Assembly (NCBI GenBank): GCA_030390025.1 | Contig: CM059431.1 | Location: 141,424,001-141,488,000 of the forward strand | Direction of reading: 5' to 3' | Source of the DNA: Squalus acanthias | Taxonomy: Eukaryota | DNA: 64,000 nt | Shown: in pieces, positions 59,740-64,000 of the stretch | Position numbering within the stretch: the stretch's first letter is position 1 | Layout: every line of letters starts with the position of its first letter | Made by a program: the position numbers and the translations under genes | The notes under the pieces: model-generated | The model's database searches: none | What the model was told of the DNA's origin: nothing | What the model saw: only the letters and a program-made list of their open reading frames with translations

Positions 59740-62700
59740 CATAGAAGCATAGAAGATAGGAACAGGAGTAGGCCATTCGACCCCTCGAGACTGCTCCGCC
59801 ATTTAATGAGATCATGGCTGATCATCCAAATTCAGTATCCTGTCCCTGCTTTCTCACCATATCCCTTGATCCCTTCAGCCTGAAGAAATATATCTATCTC
59901 CTTCTTGAATATATTTAATTAATTGGCCTCAACTGCCTTCTGTGATAGAGAATTCCACAGGTTCACTACTGTCTGGGTGAATGAAATTCCTCATCATCTC
60001 AGTCATAAATGGCTTACCCCTTATCCTTAGACTGTGACCCCTGGTTCTGGACTCCCCCGCCTTCGTGAACATCCTTCCTGCATCTATTCGGTCTAGTCGT
60101 GTTAGAATTTTATACGTTTCAATGAGACCCCCTCTCATTCTTCTAAACTCTAGCGAATATAAGCGTAATCGACCCAATCTCTCTTCATACTTCATTCCTG
60201 CCATCCCAGGTATCAGTCTGGTAAATCTTCGCTGCACTCCCTCCATCCTTCCTCAGATAAGGCGAACAAAATTGCACACAATACTCAAGGTGTGGTCTCA
60301 CCAAGGCCTTGTAGAACTGCAGCAAGGCATCCTTGCTCCTGTACTCGAATCCTCTCGCTATGCAGGCCAACATACCATTTGCCTTCTTAACCGCCTGCTT
60401 ACCTTCAGCGACTGGTGCACAAGGACTCCCAGATCACGTTGCACTTCCCCTTTTCCCAATCTATTGCCGTTCAGATAATAATCTGTCTTCCTGTTTTTGC
60501 CACCAAAGTGGATAACCTCGCATTTATCCACATAATACTGCATCTGCCATGCATGTGCCCAATCCGCCAACCTGTCCAAATCATACTGGAGTTTCTCTGC
60601 ATCCTCCTCACAGCACACACGCCCACCCAGCTTTGTGTCGTCTGCAAACTTAGAGATATTACATCTAGTTCCCTCGTCTAGATCATTAATATGTATTGTG
60701 AATAGCTGGGGTCCCAGCACCGATCCCCGCGGTACCCCACTATTCACTGCCTGCCACTCGGAAAAAGACCCATTTAATCCAACTCTTTGCTTCCTGTCTG
60801 CCAACCAGTTCTCTATCCAAATCAGTACCTTACCCCCAATCCCATGTGCTTTAACCTTGCACGCTAATCTCTTATGCGGGACCTTATCGAAAGCCTTCTG
60901 AAAATCCAAATACACCACATCCACTGGTTCTCCCTTATCTATTCTACCAGTTACATCCTCAAAAAATTCCAGTAGATTAGTCAGGCATGATTTACCTTTT
61001 GTAAATCCATGTTGACTTTGTCCGATCCTGTCACTGTTTTCCTAGTGCTCTGCTATTACATCTTTTATAATGGACTCTAGCATTTTGCGCACTACCGATG
61101 TCAGGCTTACCAGTCTGTAATTTCCCGTTTTTTCTCTACCACCTTTTTTAAATAGTGGTTTACATTAGCTACCCTGCAATCCATGGGAACTGTTCCAGAG
61201 TCCATAGAATGTTGAAAGCTGACCAGCAATGCATCTACTATTTCTAGGGCCACTTCCTTAAGTACCCTATGATGTAGATTATCAGTCCTTGGGGATTTAT
61301 CGGCCTTCAATCCCGTCAATTTCCCTAACACCATTTCCCTGCAAATACTGATTTCATTTAATTCCTCCCTCTCATTAGACCCCATGTTCCCCGACATCTC
61401 TGGGAGTTTATTTGTGTCCTCCTTTGTGAAGACAGAACCAAAGTATGTATTTAAATGGTCTGCCATTTATTTGTTCCCCATTATAAATTCCCCTGATTCT
61501 GACTGCAAGGGACCTACGCTTGACTTCACCAATTTTTTTCTCTTCACATGTCAATAGAAGCTTTTACAATCGTTTTTTTATGTTCCCTGAAAGCTTACCC
61601 TCATATTCTATTTTCCCCCACTTAATAAATCCCTTTGTCCTCCTTTGCTGAATCCTAAACTGCTCCCAATCCTCAGGTTTGCTGCTTTTTCTGGCCAATT
61701 TATATGTCCTCTTCTTGGATCTTATGTTATCCCTAATTTCCCTTGTTAGCCACGGTTGAGTCACCTTTTTTTGTTTTATTTTTATACCAAACAGGGATGA
61801 ACAAATTCTGTAGTTCATCCATGCGATCTTTAAATGTTTGCCATTGCCTATCCACAGTCAATCCTTTAAGTAACGATCCCCAATCCATCCCAGCCAACTC
61901 GCAGCTCATACCATCGTAGTTTCCTTTATTTAAATTCAGGACCCTAGTCTCTGTGTCAACTACTTCAGTCTCTAACTTAATGAAGAATTCTATCATATTA
62001 TGATCGCTCTTCCCCAAGGGACTCGCACGCAAGATTGCTAATTAATCCTTTCTAATTACATAATACCCAGTCTAAGATGGCCTGATCTCTAGCTGGTTCC
62101 TCGACATATTGGTCCAGGAAACAATCCCGTATACACTCTAGGAATTCCTCCTCCACAGTATTGTTACTAATTTGGTTAGCCCAATCTATATGTAGATTAA
62201 AGTCACCCATGATAACTGCTGTGCCCTTATTGCACGCGTCTCTAATTTCCTGTTTAATGCCATCCACAACCTCAGCATTACTGTTTGGGGGTCTGTATAC
62301 AACTCCCACTAATGTTTTCTGCCCCTTGGTATTTCTCAGCTCTACCCATACAGATTCCACATCATCAGAGCTAATATCCTTCCTTACTATTGTGTTAATC
62401 TCCTCTTTAACCAGCAATGCCACCCCACCTCCTTTTGCTTTTTGTCTGTCCTTCCTGAATATTGAATACCCCTGGATGTTGAATTCCCAGCCATGGTCAC
62501 CCTGGAGCCATGTCTCCGTAATCCCAATTATATCATATCCGTTTACATCTATTTCCGTAGCTAATTCATCCACCTTATTATGAATGCTCATTGCATTAAG
62601 GCACAAAGCCTTCAGGCTTGTTTTTTTAACACTCTTAGTCCTTTTAGAAATATTATTTACTGTAGCCCTGTTTGATTTACACCCTTGATTTCTCTGCCTT

Positions 62701-63990
62701 CCACTTTTGCTTTTCGCCTTCCTGTCTTTTGCTTCTATCCTTGCTTCCCTTTCCTCGGTTTCCCTGCACAGGTTCCCAAACCCTGCCATTTTAGTTTAAA
62801 CCCTCCCCAACAGCAGTAGCAAACACTCCCCCTAGGACATCAGTCCCGGTCCTGCCCAGGTGCAAACCGTCCAGTTTGTACTGATCCCACCTCCCCCACA
62901 ACCGGTTCCAATGTCCCAGGAATTTGAATCCCTCCCCCTTGCACCATTCCTCTCGCCACGGATTCATCTGAAATATCCTTCTATTTCTACTCTGACTAGC
63001 ACTTGGCACCGCTAGCAATCCTGAGATTTCTACCTTTGAGGTCCTATTTTTTAAATTTACCTCCTAACTCCCTATATTCAGCTTTTGGGACCTCATACAG
63101 TTTTTTACCTATATCGTTGGTACCTATATGCACCACGACAAATGGCTGTTCACCCTCCCCCTCCAGAATGCCCTGCAGCCACTCCAAGACATCCTTGACC
63201 CTTGCACCAGGGAGGCAACATACCATCCTGGAGTCTCGCTTGCGGCCGCAGAAACGCCTATCTGTTCCCCTTACAATAGAATCCCCTATCACTATAGCTC
63301 TCCCGCTCTTTTTCACCCATCCTGTGCAGCAGAACCACCCATGGTGCCAGGATGTTGGCTGCTGCTGCCTTCCCCCGATAAGCAATCTCCCTCAACAATA
63401 TCCAAAGTGGTATATCTGTTTGAGGGGGGCATGTCCACAGGGGACCTCTGCACTACCTGCCTGCGCCTACTGCTCTGCCTGGTGTTCACCCATACCCTTC
63501 CTGCCTGTGCAGCCTTTACCTGCGGTGTGACCAACTCCCTAAACGTGCTATCCACGATCTCCTCAGCATCGCGAATGCTCCAGTATGCATCCATTCGCAG
63601 CTCCAGCGCCCAATGCGGTCTGCCAGTAGCTGCAGCTGGATACACTTCCCGCACACATCTTCGTCAGGGACACAGGAAGTGTCCCTGATTTCCCACATAG
63701 TACAGGAGGAGCATGCCACGGGGATGAGCTGTGCTGCCATGACTTATCCTTTAATTAATTTAAAATAACTCAAATCAATACCACAAATTACACTACAATT
63801 AAATGAGATACTCAAGGGCCCTTGTATACTAGCACTCCCTGCTACACAACAGAGACCTTAGAAACTATAACAACAAAAATTAGGACCTTCTAAACTTTAT
63901 AAACTTTTAACCTTAACTGTCAAACTGCAGAGTAGTATAAATACTCACCTGGCTGTACTCACCCAATCAGCTGCTTCCTCTTGTCTGCAT
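59740..63990 (-). mobile_element. Near full-length CR1 LINE (ORF1 with Cys motif and esterase, ORF2 APE-RT, both disrupted)
   Basis: ORF1 ATG at 63740 (CSSC..CGKC, IVIGDSIVRG), APE at 62052-62789, RT KFADD at 60358-60924, catagaagcatagaag tail. Same subfamily as 30749-33933. Confidence 0.95.
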
Positions 63991-64000
63991 CACTTTTTTA

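Overview
Eukaryotic, repeat-rich vertebrate DNA. The CR1/SINE families and the NLR type point to a cartilaginous fish (inference). Main contents: (1) a decayed, nearly full-length retrovirus-like LTR element at about 10245-17853. It has a coiled-coil gag, PR, RT, two RNase H domains, IN, a degenerate tRNA-Arg PBS and a spliced, signal-peptide ORF in the env position, most reminiscent of the lokiretrovirus/Odin-type sister group of retroviruses. (2) An almost perfect copy of the 3' part of this element at 1-2541 (offset 15,166 bp), implying a recent tandem segmental duplication. (3) Four 3' exons of an MS4A/CD20-like gene (+ strand, 4043-8655, frameshifted) that the ORF track largely misses. 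(4) An apparently intact multi-exon NLR gene on the minus strand (CARD-like, linker, NACHT, LRR; 28054-56708; 5' exons not found) whose 20-kb intron holds a 17-kb 86-bp satellite. (5) Several nested CR1 LINEs, a SINE, MITEs, a Harbinger-type Myb remnant and six minisatellites. There are no CRISPR arrays, rRNA genes or real tRNA genes. Family assignments come from motif recognition by eye; no database searches were run.
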